NCBI GenBank assembly: GCA_044892525.1
Contig: CM097885.1
Location: 15,502,001-15,566,000 of the forward strand
Reading direction: 5' to 3'
From: Schmidtea polychroa
Taxonomy: Eukaryota
Length of the DNA stretch: 64,000 nucleotides
A program made the position numbers and the translations under genes. Shown here one piece after another: positions 52,508-64,000 of the stretch. Position 1 is the first letter of the stretch, and the number at the start of each line of letters is the position of its first letter. The notes under the pieces are model-generated. The model was not told the DNA's origin and did not search any database. It saw nothing but the letters and a program-made list of their open reading frames with translations.

Positions 52508-53559
52508 CAAATTTAAAAAAACATTTCAATAAAGAATTTATTTTGGGTTTTGATTTGTTTTATTGTTTGCCTTTTTTTATTATATTTTTATTATATTTAT
52601 TATATGAGATAATTATTGTGGTAATTATTGCCATTCTCGCCTTCCATCCGATATCATCATCACGTGGCGGAGCGCGCACAGCAAATGCCAATTGCAATAT
52701 CAACATCAATTATATAATTAAATAAAAGCAATTTAATTAAATCAAAAACATTTAATATAAATTAATTTGAATAATTATTATAATTAAATTAATAATTAAT
52801 TTGAAAGAAATGAAATTAAAATTCACCCGAATATAAGCGCTGACAAATCGCCTCAACAAATCAAGCGCTCCTATGACGAGTGGAACTGACGAGAAAACCG
52901 CCGCTGATGTTATATGAGTTGTGGATAAATTATTGCTGTACTGAATGGCAGTAAAATGCAGCTAAATGCAATACTAACACCGCGTTATATCAAATTGATA
53001 AATGCCTTAACATTTCGCCAGCTATTTGTGAGGCATTTAAACGGAAATCCGCAACAACAATACTGATCAAATGTTCGAAATTTGCTTTCACATCTGTTTG
53101 GGTAAGTTTACCAAAATTAGAGCTGTCGATTCGATGAGGGCAATCAATGCTTTCTAAACTCTATAACATTCTGTTACGAATTCTTTTAATAATTAAACGA
53201 ATTACTTTATTTAATCTTTCATAAAATTTAGATTTACTAATAATATTATTGTTAATATAATAATAATAATAATTGCATTTGTACTGAGATCCTTTTCAAG
53301 AGCTTTTGACCTGATTTAATATTAAATAATGTAACATTTCATAAATTTATTCACTTTTTCATTCGTTAAATTTTCAAATACAATATTATTTAAACAAAAA
53401 AAGATTTCATGTAAATTAATATTTAAATTCACAAATTTGATAAATTTTATGAATGCATTTTACTTATTAACAAACAACGAAATTTATTTTGAAATCTTGA
53501 AATTTTAGGAAATTTATAAATTAGGTTTCAAAGTGAAGTTGAGTCCAATACGTAATCTA

Positions 53560-53975
53560 CATCAATACCTTGGGGTGATAAGTGACGGTTATGGGGTTTA
53601 AGGGGGGTCATTTAAAAAATTTATAAATTATAATCTGAAATTAAACGTAGTTGAGCATACATAATAAAGTAATTTACATTATTGAAGTTGGTACTTGAAT
53701 GATGGTCAAATTACTTGAGGAGGTCATAAATAAATTATAATTTTAAAATTCAAAATTTAAGCTAGACATTTATAAGTAAACAATTTACATTAATGCATTT
53801 AGGATGAAATTAGTAGTGGTAGCACTTTAGGGGGTGATAAATAAATTTTGTAAATTATAGTGTTAGAATAAAAATTTAGGTCACAAGCAACTTACATTAA
53901 TACATTTTAGATGAAATTAGTAGTGGTGGCACTTTTGGGGGGTCAAAAATAAAATTTGTAAATTAATATTTTGAT
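53560..53975 (+). repeat. Degenerate ~110-bp tandem repeat, about 4 units
   Basis: Recurrent GGGGGTSA...AAATTAT...TTACATTA...GATGAAATTAGTAGTGGT. Confidence 0.7.
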
Positions 53976-54039
53976 TCTCAAATACAAGATGAATAAATAT
54001 ATAGATGATCTATATTAGTGAAATTCTTAATAAGTAGAT

Positions 54040-56260
54040 GACTCCTAGCAATACACGAAGCAATCAAACACTTCCAAGAAGGACGAAACTTTAAAATATT
54101 CACAGATCACAAACCGCTAACTAACGCAATCGAAATGAAGAATCCCTCACCAAGGCAGATTAGACAAATCAACTTCATTTTACAATTCAACTTCACAATA
54201 AACTACGTAGCGGGAAAATCAAACATGGCAGCTGTCGCTCTATCAAGAAACGAAAGTGACATAAACTCCCTGGAATTCGAAAAGATAATAGCACGACGTC
54301 TCTAACGAAAGCAACAAACGAATATTACTCCCGGAGGAATTCTGCGAAAACTGCATCGAGAAGATGCACAAGATCAATCATTTAGGAAACAAAGTAACAT
54401 TCGAACTAATACACAACAATTATATATGGCCTAACATGCGAAAAGACATCAAAAACTTCGTCAAGAGCTCTCACAGCTGCCAATTAAACAAAACAACAAA
54501 AACTCAAACCTCAAAAAGTAAACTTCCCAAGCAGCAAAGTCTTCGAAACAATACACACAGATATGGTAGGACCACTACCACCAAACGACAACTACAAATA
54601 TCTGCTGACAATTATAGACAGGAAATCCAACTGGTTCGAAGTAATCTCAATAAAAGAAATCACCGCAAAAAATAAATGTGAAATGGTCGAATTAAATTGA
54701 ATAGCTCGTTATGGTCAACCGAAAACAATTATAACCGATCAAGGCAGACAGTTCGAATCAGAAATGTTCAAAATACTCTGCAACAAATACAACATCAAAA
54801 GGAACCGAACAACAGCTAACAACCCACAATCAAACGGAAAAAAGAGCGGTTCCACAGACATTAAAAGAAAGCATATGAACAAAAGCCAATGATCAAAATT
54901 GGTTAAATAATCTACTAATCGGACTGAAAAATAGTCCAAACTCAATAGATAATGAAAGTCCAGCAGTCAAGGTGTTCGGAAAAGCAACAAATTTACCATT
55001 ACTCAAAAACAAAACAGCAGATAACACAGAAACAAACAAACAAACAATTAACAATAACAAAGGAAAAACAGATAAAAAACACAAAAGGAATTTTAAAAAG
55101 GAGACCGGACTCCTAATGGGATGGGAAAACAGTACTAACAACATATTTTTATTTCATCATAATAAAGAAACCATTCACAAAAGGTTTCGAATCTAAATAC
55201 GAAAGTCCATTCAAACTCTTAGAAATTAACAAAAACATCGCTACAATAATCAAAAAAACAACAAAATGAAAATAAACATATGACGAATAAAACCCTATCC
55301 CCTGAACGAAAACCCACAAAACAATCCACCAGAAAACAAAACACAAAGACAAACGAAAACACAACCAATTCATAAAAACATCACATTTAACCACAAAACC
55401 TCAATCAAACTATTTGACAAAGATACAATAATTACACCCTTATACAAAAAACGATACAGCGATTGCCTTAAATAAAACACCCACAAAAAAAGTAAAAATA
55501 ACAAAACACACTCACAAACAATACTAATTGTACAGTTTTTTTTATCAATTTCGTTGTATATATAGAGTAAATTGTAAATTTTTTGTTTTATCCAGTTTAT
55601 AGATACAAAGGAACAGAAACCAAATACATAAAAACATATAATACATACTAAAAAAAGGTTATTGAATGTAATTTTTTCGTTACCTTTAATTGATTCATGT
55701 TAAGCTCCGGTTTTAAAGGGGGAAGTTGTGTAATGTACAGTTATATATTTTATTTATTTTTAAACAAGGTTTTGCCACGCCTTGTTATTTTATTGAGTGT
55801 AGATCGCAATGGAAAAAGAATAAAAAATACTATATAGCGATAATTTACTATGGTAAATACAAATATCGACAAATCCCAACGTTTCAATCAAAAAGAAATT
55901 CATTCTATAATATTTATTCTACCATCCGTTATTTCTTTCAAACGTCAAAAGAAGATGCTCGAATTAATCCAAGAAAGTAAATTCGCCGAAATTAACGAAG
56001 GATTACCATTCGTTCCCTCTCTAAGGTTTTACAATTTTTATTTAAATAAAGTTGGATTTTTAAATTGTTCATTGGTTCATAAAACTAATTTATTTTAACA
56101 AAACTTTGGTGATTTCTTTGCAATACTATCTAAATTGTTCTTCTATTCGTTTTTATTCGCTTGTTCATATAACTAATTTTATTTTAATAATACTTTTGTG
56201 ATTTCGTTTTATTACTGCCTAGATTTTATTTTGTCTACTCATAGTCATAAAATCCCTACA
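54040..56260 (+). mobile_element. 3' part of a Gypsy LTR retrotransposon (RNase H, integrase, PPT, 3' LTR), decayed
   Basis: FKIFTDHKPL, YVAGKSN..ALSR, HLG...YIWPNMRKDI, DMVGPLP, IITDQGRQFES, PQSNG..ERFH; PPT AAAGGGGGAAG then TG...CA segment at about 55729-56260. Confidence 0.92.
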
Positions 56261-56363
56261 CAACACGCACCCCGATTGTCCCGCCACATTTTTAACGGTG
56301 ATTCTATCGGGCTCTCCAGATTTCCTCACACATACACACTCCCTAAGACGAATATAATATAGG

Positions 56364-58478
56364 TAGAGTTTCCAAAATATCCGGTTTTTTAGTATCCGCG
56401 AATACCGCTTTTCATTATTCGAAAACCGCGGTTAACCGGTCGAATACGGATATTTTGGAAAAAGCTAATTTAAAAAAGAAAAGATAAAAAAAAACTCGAA
56501 AAATTGTCAATTTAAGATGAAAATTTATTCACTTTTTTTCATTTATATACAAATATTTTAGAAAAACTAAGCAATTTAGAGATTAATCAGATAAATGGGT
56601 TCAAAGTTTACCACAAAAGTGGGAGGAAACGGAGAAAGTCCTTTCGGCTTCGTTTGATGATGGCTTTATTGTTGTTAAGGCTTCAAATAATTTTTCAAGT
56701 TTTCAGGCCTTTGAACTGTTTTCTTAAATATCATAAAGTCATCGTTGATGTTTAAGTTGGATTTTTGAAAATTTCCGCAAGTAACATAATTAATTGCAGT
56801 ATCAAGCTCTGCTTCCAACGAAACTGGTGCATCCGTGTTCAAATCTACATGTTTTGGTGAAGATGAAGGTGACATGATGAAGAAGATTCAAAAAGTCTAG
56901 CAAACAGATTAGATGCAAATTCCAAAACAATTTTTGATGGTTTTATAGAGTTATTGGTGAGGCATGCCAGAGTATCAATAATGGTAGAGTTTTCTCGTTC
57001 TTTCATCCGTCGTTCGATATTTAATTTTAATGTACTACAGATCACGTCATTACATTCATTCAATTTGTTGTACAGAAAATTCATCGCTCCTTTTGCTGTT
57101 AATAAATTGGCGTCTTGTCTCCCCAATGTTTCAACAGCTAATGTTAATGGTTTTATTGCATTCATTAAGCTGCACAATTTTTCGAAATCTATTCCAGATA
57201 CTAGGTGAAGTGCATTTAATTCGATCAGCGTGTTTTGAATTGGAATTCGAACTCTGAGTAGTTTTTCTAACATAGGATGAATAGAGTTCCACCTGTGTTT
57301 CAGATTTTTTTGTATGTCGACATCTTCATTATCTGCGAATTCTTCTTCATTAACATCATCATCGAAAAATTCATTGTCTTGGAAGTCGTCATCATCTTCT
57401 TCTTCTATAATGTCAACATCATTTGATTCAAAAACTTTCTTTTAATAAAATGTTTCAATTACCGCCAAATGCAGCCCTTGACATAAACATAACTGTGATT
57501 CAGATGGACAATCTGAACCATACTTCACCATTACCCTGGCACCATCATTTGTAGTATAAACAATGTCGTTTTGGAACGAAAAATTAAACAACTCTAAATG
57601 CTTGGTTACAATTTCAAACACTACAGCTGCAGTACACGAACCAGTAGCTCTCACCAAACCTAGATTGTTGCAATTTCCATTATTTCCATGTACATTAATA
57701 TTAATAATGCGACGATTTCGTGCACTTACCCACTCATCAAGGGTTATACTAAACTTACTATATCATTCTAAATTGTTGTTAATTTTTTTATTCCCTCTTG
57801 TTTTCTATTTCGAATTCAGTATCAGTTATATCCTCTGTCTACAATAGATTGTCTGATAAACTTGAAATTTGTAATTGCACGAATTGTTATTCCGTTTTCA
57901 GCAGCTAATCTTGAAACAATCTCACTTAAACTTTGCCGTTTAACAAAATCCATCATCGTATTTCCTTTGATTTTCTTGAAGTTTTGCTCTTGCTCACCCA
58001 AAATGGATTCATCATTATCCCGTTTACAATAGATTTTGTGTACCATTTTCAGATGGTTTAGCATACCACCCGTGTTTCCATTACTATTTGAAATAAAAAC
58101 TATTTACTTTAAAAACTGAACTTTGGCAAATTTTTTATTGGTAGAAGGAATTTTTAAAAATATTCTCAAACAGGAGCTGATGGTGCCATGGGCTAAATAG
58201 TAGTACAATATAAATTTAATACAAGTTTTACGGTAAAAAATAAATTAATCATAATTACCTGTGATTATTTTCAATTCTTTGATTTGAGAGCTTTTAACAA
58301 TTTCGCAATAACTAATTATATCGATTTTTCATTCTATTTAAAATTTTATTCTATACATAATTTAAAATAATTTTCACTATCCGGTAATCGCGAGTGTATT
58401 TGAGCGGATACCGAATACGGATTTTTGTCTGCAAATTCGCGGATATCGGATACGGATTATCCAAACTGTCAAACTCTA
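56364..58478 (-). mobile_element. ZBED-type hAT with a decayed, internally deleted transposase
   Basis: TIR TAGAGTTT; perfect 8-bp TSD AATATAGG; BED finger remnant TGGMLNHLKMVH; LDEW, TNDGA, CLCQGLHLAV, HRWNS, KPSSNEAERTFS. Confidence 0.95.
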
Positions 58479-58486
58479 AATATAGG

Positions 58487-59455
58487 CTATATATTACACG
58501 TATAGAATACAATATCACCGAAATAACACACATAGAATATAATACACCGAAACCTCCAGCTATAATATAATAACTGGTATAATAATAGCTATGATAGGGA
58601 TGATCATTGCCGTGGTCGTTGCCAACGGTAGACAACCCAAATCCACTAGGTATTCATCATCATCTACTTGCCTACCATGGACCATTATCAGGTATATACC
58701 TGTAGTTTTATCGGTAGCAATCACATCTCTCCTCAATATTCTGACTTTGATATAACAGTTAAAAGTCATTGTTAATGGTTCTTTTCCAACCATTCGCACG
58801 TCCAGATTAATGTTGCCTTGATTGTTAGGCTGACTTCGGATTGTTTTCCCATTTCTCCTCATCAACGCTTCGATTTGCGTCTGAAATGGGCTTGTTTCTT
58901 TTACCACTGGTAGTATAATTGAAATTATTGCTACCAACAAATCTACTGGTATTCGTAATACTAACATCCAGTCTAGTATTTCTTTTATGGTTTCTCCGTC
59001 TCATGGAGAATTTTGTAATTCTAACCCTTGTCGTTGGGATAATTGTTGAGTTTCCTCCAATCTCTCAATTTCCATCTAAGTAATTAAGAATATACTGTCT
59101 TGATACATTACCGCCACTGGCTTCGGTGCTGTCTTTGTTGTGAACTTCGTCACTCTACCGAGGAGTATCCCGTTCTGTAGAAGTGTTTGGTTTGCTTCTA
59201 GTTTTATTCCACATAAGTACAAGTCATATCATTGATGCTTAATACTTGTCAATGTCTCTGTTAATTTATCTGCTCGACATCTTGCATTTATATCGAGAAT
59301 ATACTCTTTATCCTGAGGGAGTTTTATATTGAGCTAAGCATCTTGGAGATCTCACTCATTCTCCATGATTTCTTCTAATATCCTTAGGATTTTATATGTG
59401 TCGTTATGATGCATTGGGTCATCTTCAATCTGCGATATCAGCTTCACTAATGTAT
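58487..59455 (-). pseudogene. Decayed ORF ending in a hydrophobic segment; possibly an accessory or env-like ORF of a retroelement
   Basis: ORF 58560-58967 ends AMIIPIIAIIIPVIIL; the sequence continues across the hAT TSD to a G-rich PPT-like stretch near 56265-56290. Confidence 0.4.
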
Positions 59456-59806
59456 CAATGAAAAATATTTATTTTGATATATTTTTAATTTGTATTTGTC
59501 GTTAAAAATGTTAAAATTTTACATTTCTGTATCAAATTGTAATTTAAATAATTTTGTAATATTTAAAATAAATAAGAAAAAAATTAGCATTAATAATATT
59601 TTGAATTGCTCTAAAAGCTAAAGAACAATATTTATAAAATGTTTTATCTACTTCAAAATACAAATTATAAATATTGAAATTGTAAACGTCAGAGGAAATA
59701 ATTAATATAATAAGTATGATTATTGAAATGTTGTAAAATGTTGAAATATTTTGATAATTTTGTTAATTTTAGAGTTAATTTTATAGTTTGTTAATTTTAT
59801 AGTTAA

Positions 59807-61403
59807 ATGTTGGCAAGCGTATGGGAAATGATGAAGAGGAAAGAATTTGAATTTGATAATGAAATCAGCAGTGAATTGATATGCAGAATTTGCAAATGTT
59901 TAATGATAAAAGCTTGCCATGCTCCTTGCGTTTGTGGCTTTTGTTCTGATTGCATTGAAAATTATTTGGATGGAAAAGATAAATTCTGTCCAGGAGCAGC
60001 AAAACATTGTAGAAAGAAAATGATCAATTTCAATAAAGATGTTTCTGAAGATCATGCAGCTAATTTAAGGATTTCAGAAGTGGTAGTGAGATTCCCAATG
60101 CAAAATTGTCAATTTAAAGATGAATTAGAGGTGATGGAGAGCCACATGAGAACATGCAACAAGCAACCAATAAAATGTTTATTCAATAGAATCGGATGCG
60201 AAATGAATGAGGTGGTAAAGGATGAAATGAAAGTCCATCTCATTGAGAACACTGAAGGCCATAGCAAATTATTGATTGATCAGATCAGTAATTTGTGCAA
60301 TGAGATGCAAGCAATGAGAGACGAGAATGTGACATTGTGTAATGAAATTATCAATATCAATGTAAAATTGTATTTGCAATTAATTTTATTGATATTTAGG
60401 ATTGGAGGTGAAATTGTGCAATATTGAAAAGAAAGAGGCTGAAAACAGAGAAGATATAGAAGAATTGAATGAGGAAATGGTGGCATTGAAGAATGAGAAC
60501 CGCTCATTGAGAATGGATATGGAGACAAATATTGGATCAATCAATCAGGTTTGATTATTGATTTGATTTGATATTGATATGTTATTGATGGAAAGCAGGT
60601 CAGACAGCAAATTGAAGTAAATTGAATCAAAATGTCAGCAGCAAATTGATGAGATGAAAGAGAAATGCGAGCAGCGGCTGCAACAGGTGAATGAAAAGGT
60701 GCTTTATTGGTTTTTTGAAATGTTTGAATTTGAGATTCAGTTGCAGTTTGAAATGGCGAAATGTACCTATGAAATTTGGCAGATTGAAACAAAATGTCAA
60801 CAGCAAATTGATGAGATGAAAGAGAAATGCGAGCAGCGGCTGCAACAGGTGAATGAAAAGGTGCTTTATTGGTTTTTTGAAATGTTTGAATTTGAGATTC
60901 AGTTGCAGTTTGAAATGGCGAAATGCGCCAATGAAATTCGGCAGATTGAAACAAAATTAGCAAATGAAAAATATGTAAATTACGGATTTTTTGAATGGGA
61001 AATCGATAAATTTTCACAACAAAAGAGAAGTAAAAATATTTACAACAAAGCGTTTTTTTCCGGACCAATCGGTTACAAAATTTGCTTGTGGGTGCTGATT
61101 GATGGTAATTGGGGTATTGGGGCTGGTTTCTGTTTGATGCGTGGGGCAAATGATGAGCAATTGGATTGGCCGTTCAATCAATCCGTGACAATCGATGTGA
61201 TCGATCCAGCAAATGGCAACATTTATATGAGGAAGTCAATGAAATATTCAGATAGCCCTCTTGATGCAGCTGGATGGAGGAAACCGTCACACGACAGAAA
61301 TAATTCAATTGGTATTTATTATTATCCTGATGCCAGCTCAATCTATAAATTAGCAGCCAAAAGTAAAAAATTGCTGCTCAGGAGCAGAATTGAAAAATTA
61401 TGA
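59807..61403 (+). pseudogene. Second TRAF-like copy, frameshifted, with an internal 162-bp tandem duplication
   Basis: Collinear with 51077-52507; a 1-nt insertion gives QIEVN* at about 60624; zinc-finger Cys lost (VRCP to VRFP). Confidence 0.85.
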
Positions 61404-62207
61404 CAAATTTAAAAAAACATTTATATAAAAAATTGATTTATTTTGGGTTTTGATTTGTTTTATTATTTGCCTTTTTATTATAGCAAATTGCCGATTGCAA
61501 TATCAATAATATTGCAAAATCAAAAATATTTAATATAAATAATTATTTTAATTAAATTAATAATTAATTTGAAATTAAATTTAAATTCACCCGATTATAA
61601 GCGCTGACAAATCGCCTCAACAAATCAAACGCTCCTATGACGAGTGAAACCGACGAGAAAACCGCCGCTGATGTTGAATGAGTTTTGGAGAAATTATTGT
61701 TGCATTGAATGGCAATAAAATGCACTTAAATGCAATACTAAAACTGTTATATCAAATTGATAAATGCCTTAACATTTCACTAGCTATTTCTGAGGCATTT
61801 AAACGGAAATCCGCAACAGCAATGCTGACAAAATGTTCGAAAATTGCTTTCACATCTGTTTGGGTAGTAATTGTATTTGTACTGAGATCCTTTTTAAGTG
61901 CTAGTGACCTGATTTAATATTAAATAATGTAACATTTCATAAATTTATTCACTTTTTCATTCGCTAAATTTTCAAATTAAAACAAAAAAAGATTTCATGT
62001 AAATTAATATTTAAATTCACAAATTTGATAAATTTTATGAATGAATTTTACTTATTAACAAACAACGAAATTTATCTTGAAATCTTGAAAATATTTTGGA
62101 ATTATTTGAAAATATTATTCACTTATTTGAAATTATTTTGGAACCTGAATTAATTAGGTACATCAGAAGTTGAAGGTTGTTAAAGTCAAACTTACAAGTT
62201 TTGGGAT

Positions 62208-62615
62208 CAGTGGCTTAACCAATGAGGTGGGTTAAGGGGGTTAAACCTCCCATTGGTTTTTAATTGTACAAATATTTGTCGATGTCAAGTGCCTAAAAGA
62301 TCATCCATCTACATAAGAAAAAAACAAGACACTTACTATATTTTATTGTAAATATAATACTGTGACATATGTCTGTACTTTGTAGTCTATACTCTCAGTT
62401 AAATTTTATTTTGGCTATTTTTTTCTGATGTTCAATACGTATCTCCGTACTTTATGGAGTAAGCGAATGACGTCATTATTACAGACACCCCTATCATGAA
62501 GGTCTTAGTGCCTTCGACACCCTCAAAAGTCAACGCTTGAAATGATTGACCATATTATTAATAAATATTTCTCAACTCCAATCCCCTCACATTCATAAAT
62601 TCCTGGTTACGTTGG
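62208..62615. mobile_element. Probable hAT MITE
   Basis: Starts CAGTGGCTTAACC; ends with a degenerate CCTGGTTACG. Confidence 0.45.
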
Positions 62616-64000
62616 AATATTAAGAGTTTTGGTTGGCAAATAACTCAGAATTTGGCAAGTATGTTTTTTTAATGTCTTAGTAACTGATAGATTTATCATT
62701 AGCTTTTACTTAAACGCCTCAATGGATATTTTACATTTTACCATAAATATACCCATGCCAACCATCTTATTTCGAATGTACACAGTAGTTGAAAATCATT
62801 TAGCAGGTGAGCTCAATTTAGAAAGATGGGTTACGAGTTGGGAGAACAATTTATGCTTATCCTTGCAAATGTAGGCCTTTTCCTGCCGTTGCTTACACTT
62901 TACCGTATTTCATTCGTAACTCCGCATAACTATTGATTTTACCGCTAAATGCCCATCGCAAGCGACACTGGTGTTTTAATTTAGTTGGTCACCATCAACT
63001 AAAGGTGGAACTTTCACAAAAACTGAAAAAGCACACACTTTAATGAAACAACCACAACTCCTTTGCTCTACGCATTGCAATATCAGTCTGAACCCTTTGA
63101 AGGAATTAATCTCCCTACGGAAGATGTCCGTGTCTGGTACTCTCGATTCGAAAATATATTGTTATCACTAAGTTTAATTCTCCTTTGCTTGTTCTCTCTA
63201 GATTATCTCTTTTCGTTTCTTCGACCTACTGGCGTTTCTGTTTACTTGCAGGTCGCCTTTAAACCCTTCGGGTAATTTGATTGTCCTTGGCAAATTATTT
63301 TGGATCCATTTTTAACGGTGATTGGAAGTCGAATTTTATGAATCAGAGTGAAGGGAAATTTGCAATAGTTGGGGAAAATCGAACATAATATTCCAAATAC
63401 AAATTTATCCTGCATAGTGAAGTGAAATGAGGTATGACATAGAATGGAACCAGATGAGTCAGTAGACAATAGGTTTCAAATAAAATCCAGTACTTCGTTA
63501 TGTCGGCTAATGCAATTAATATCAGTGAAATCGTACTAATTCCAAACGAAGATCGAATATTGCTCCTGCGGGGCTGGAAACCGAGGTAATCAAAAAACTT
63601 TTGTAAATTTAAATTTTCTATAAATTAATTAAGATAACACTGTATTAACATAAATTGAGGTAATCAACCAAATGTAAGGAAAATAAAGAATAAAATAGAG
63701 GAAAAATAATAGAATAAATCAAAAATTAAAACAAGTCACTAAAATAAAATAAATAATAAACAAGTCGCAAACAGACAAAAGTACATAACCATATCCGACA
63801 AGCAAAGAAAAAATAATTAGAAAGAATAAAAATAAATACCAGAAAAACAAAATATTACTAAACGAATAAATTATAATCAAAAAACAAAGAATAAAATACT
63901 AAATCAGGATCCAATAAAAAGCAGGAGAAAATGTGAAAATTAAATTATTTAATAAATTATCAAAAGAAAAAGATAAATAACCTAGAAAAAGAACTTAAAA

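Noticed and set aside
60541..61149. 202-aa minus-strand ORF with an internal repeat
   Set aside because: Antisense shadow of TRAF copy 2 and its 162-bp duplication.

Overview
Very AT-rich eukaryotic DNA with short (about 39-55 nt) spliceosomal introns, many (AAT)n/(TA)n microsatellites and dense transposon relics. It is probably an invertebrate animal; a planarian-type flatworm is my best guess and cannot be proven from this window. Host genes: a multi-exon EF-hand protein (EFCAB6-like, minus), DDI1 (plus), TMEM104 (minus, with a likely GC-AG intron), and two copies of a RING-TRAF-MATH gene on a duplicated ~2.7 kb block (copy 2 frameshifted). Mobile DNA: several hATs, Merlin, piggyBac, Tc1/mariner, Helitron ends, Gypsy pieces and solo LTRs, and three Penelope-like elements (PLEs). 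Most notable: (1) a hairpin-rich leader found twice next to AAT tracts, in one copy fused in frame to an intronless proteasome alpha-6 fragment, suggesting a gene-capturing element; (2) short PLE-terminal repeats carrying variant hammerhead-ribozyme folds, repeatedly inserted as fold-back palindromes near (ATT)n; (3) one canonical minimal hammerhead. All calls were made by eye, and exon and relic boundaries are approximate unless a TSD is given.
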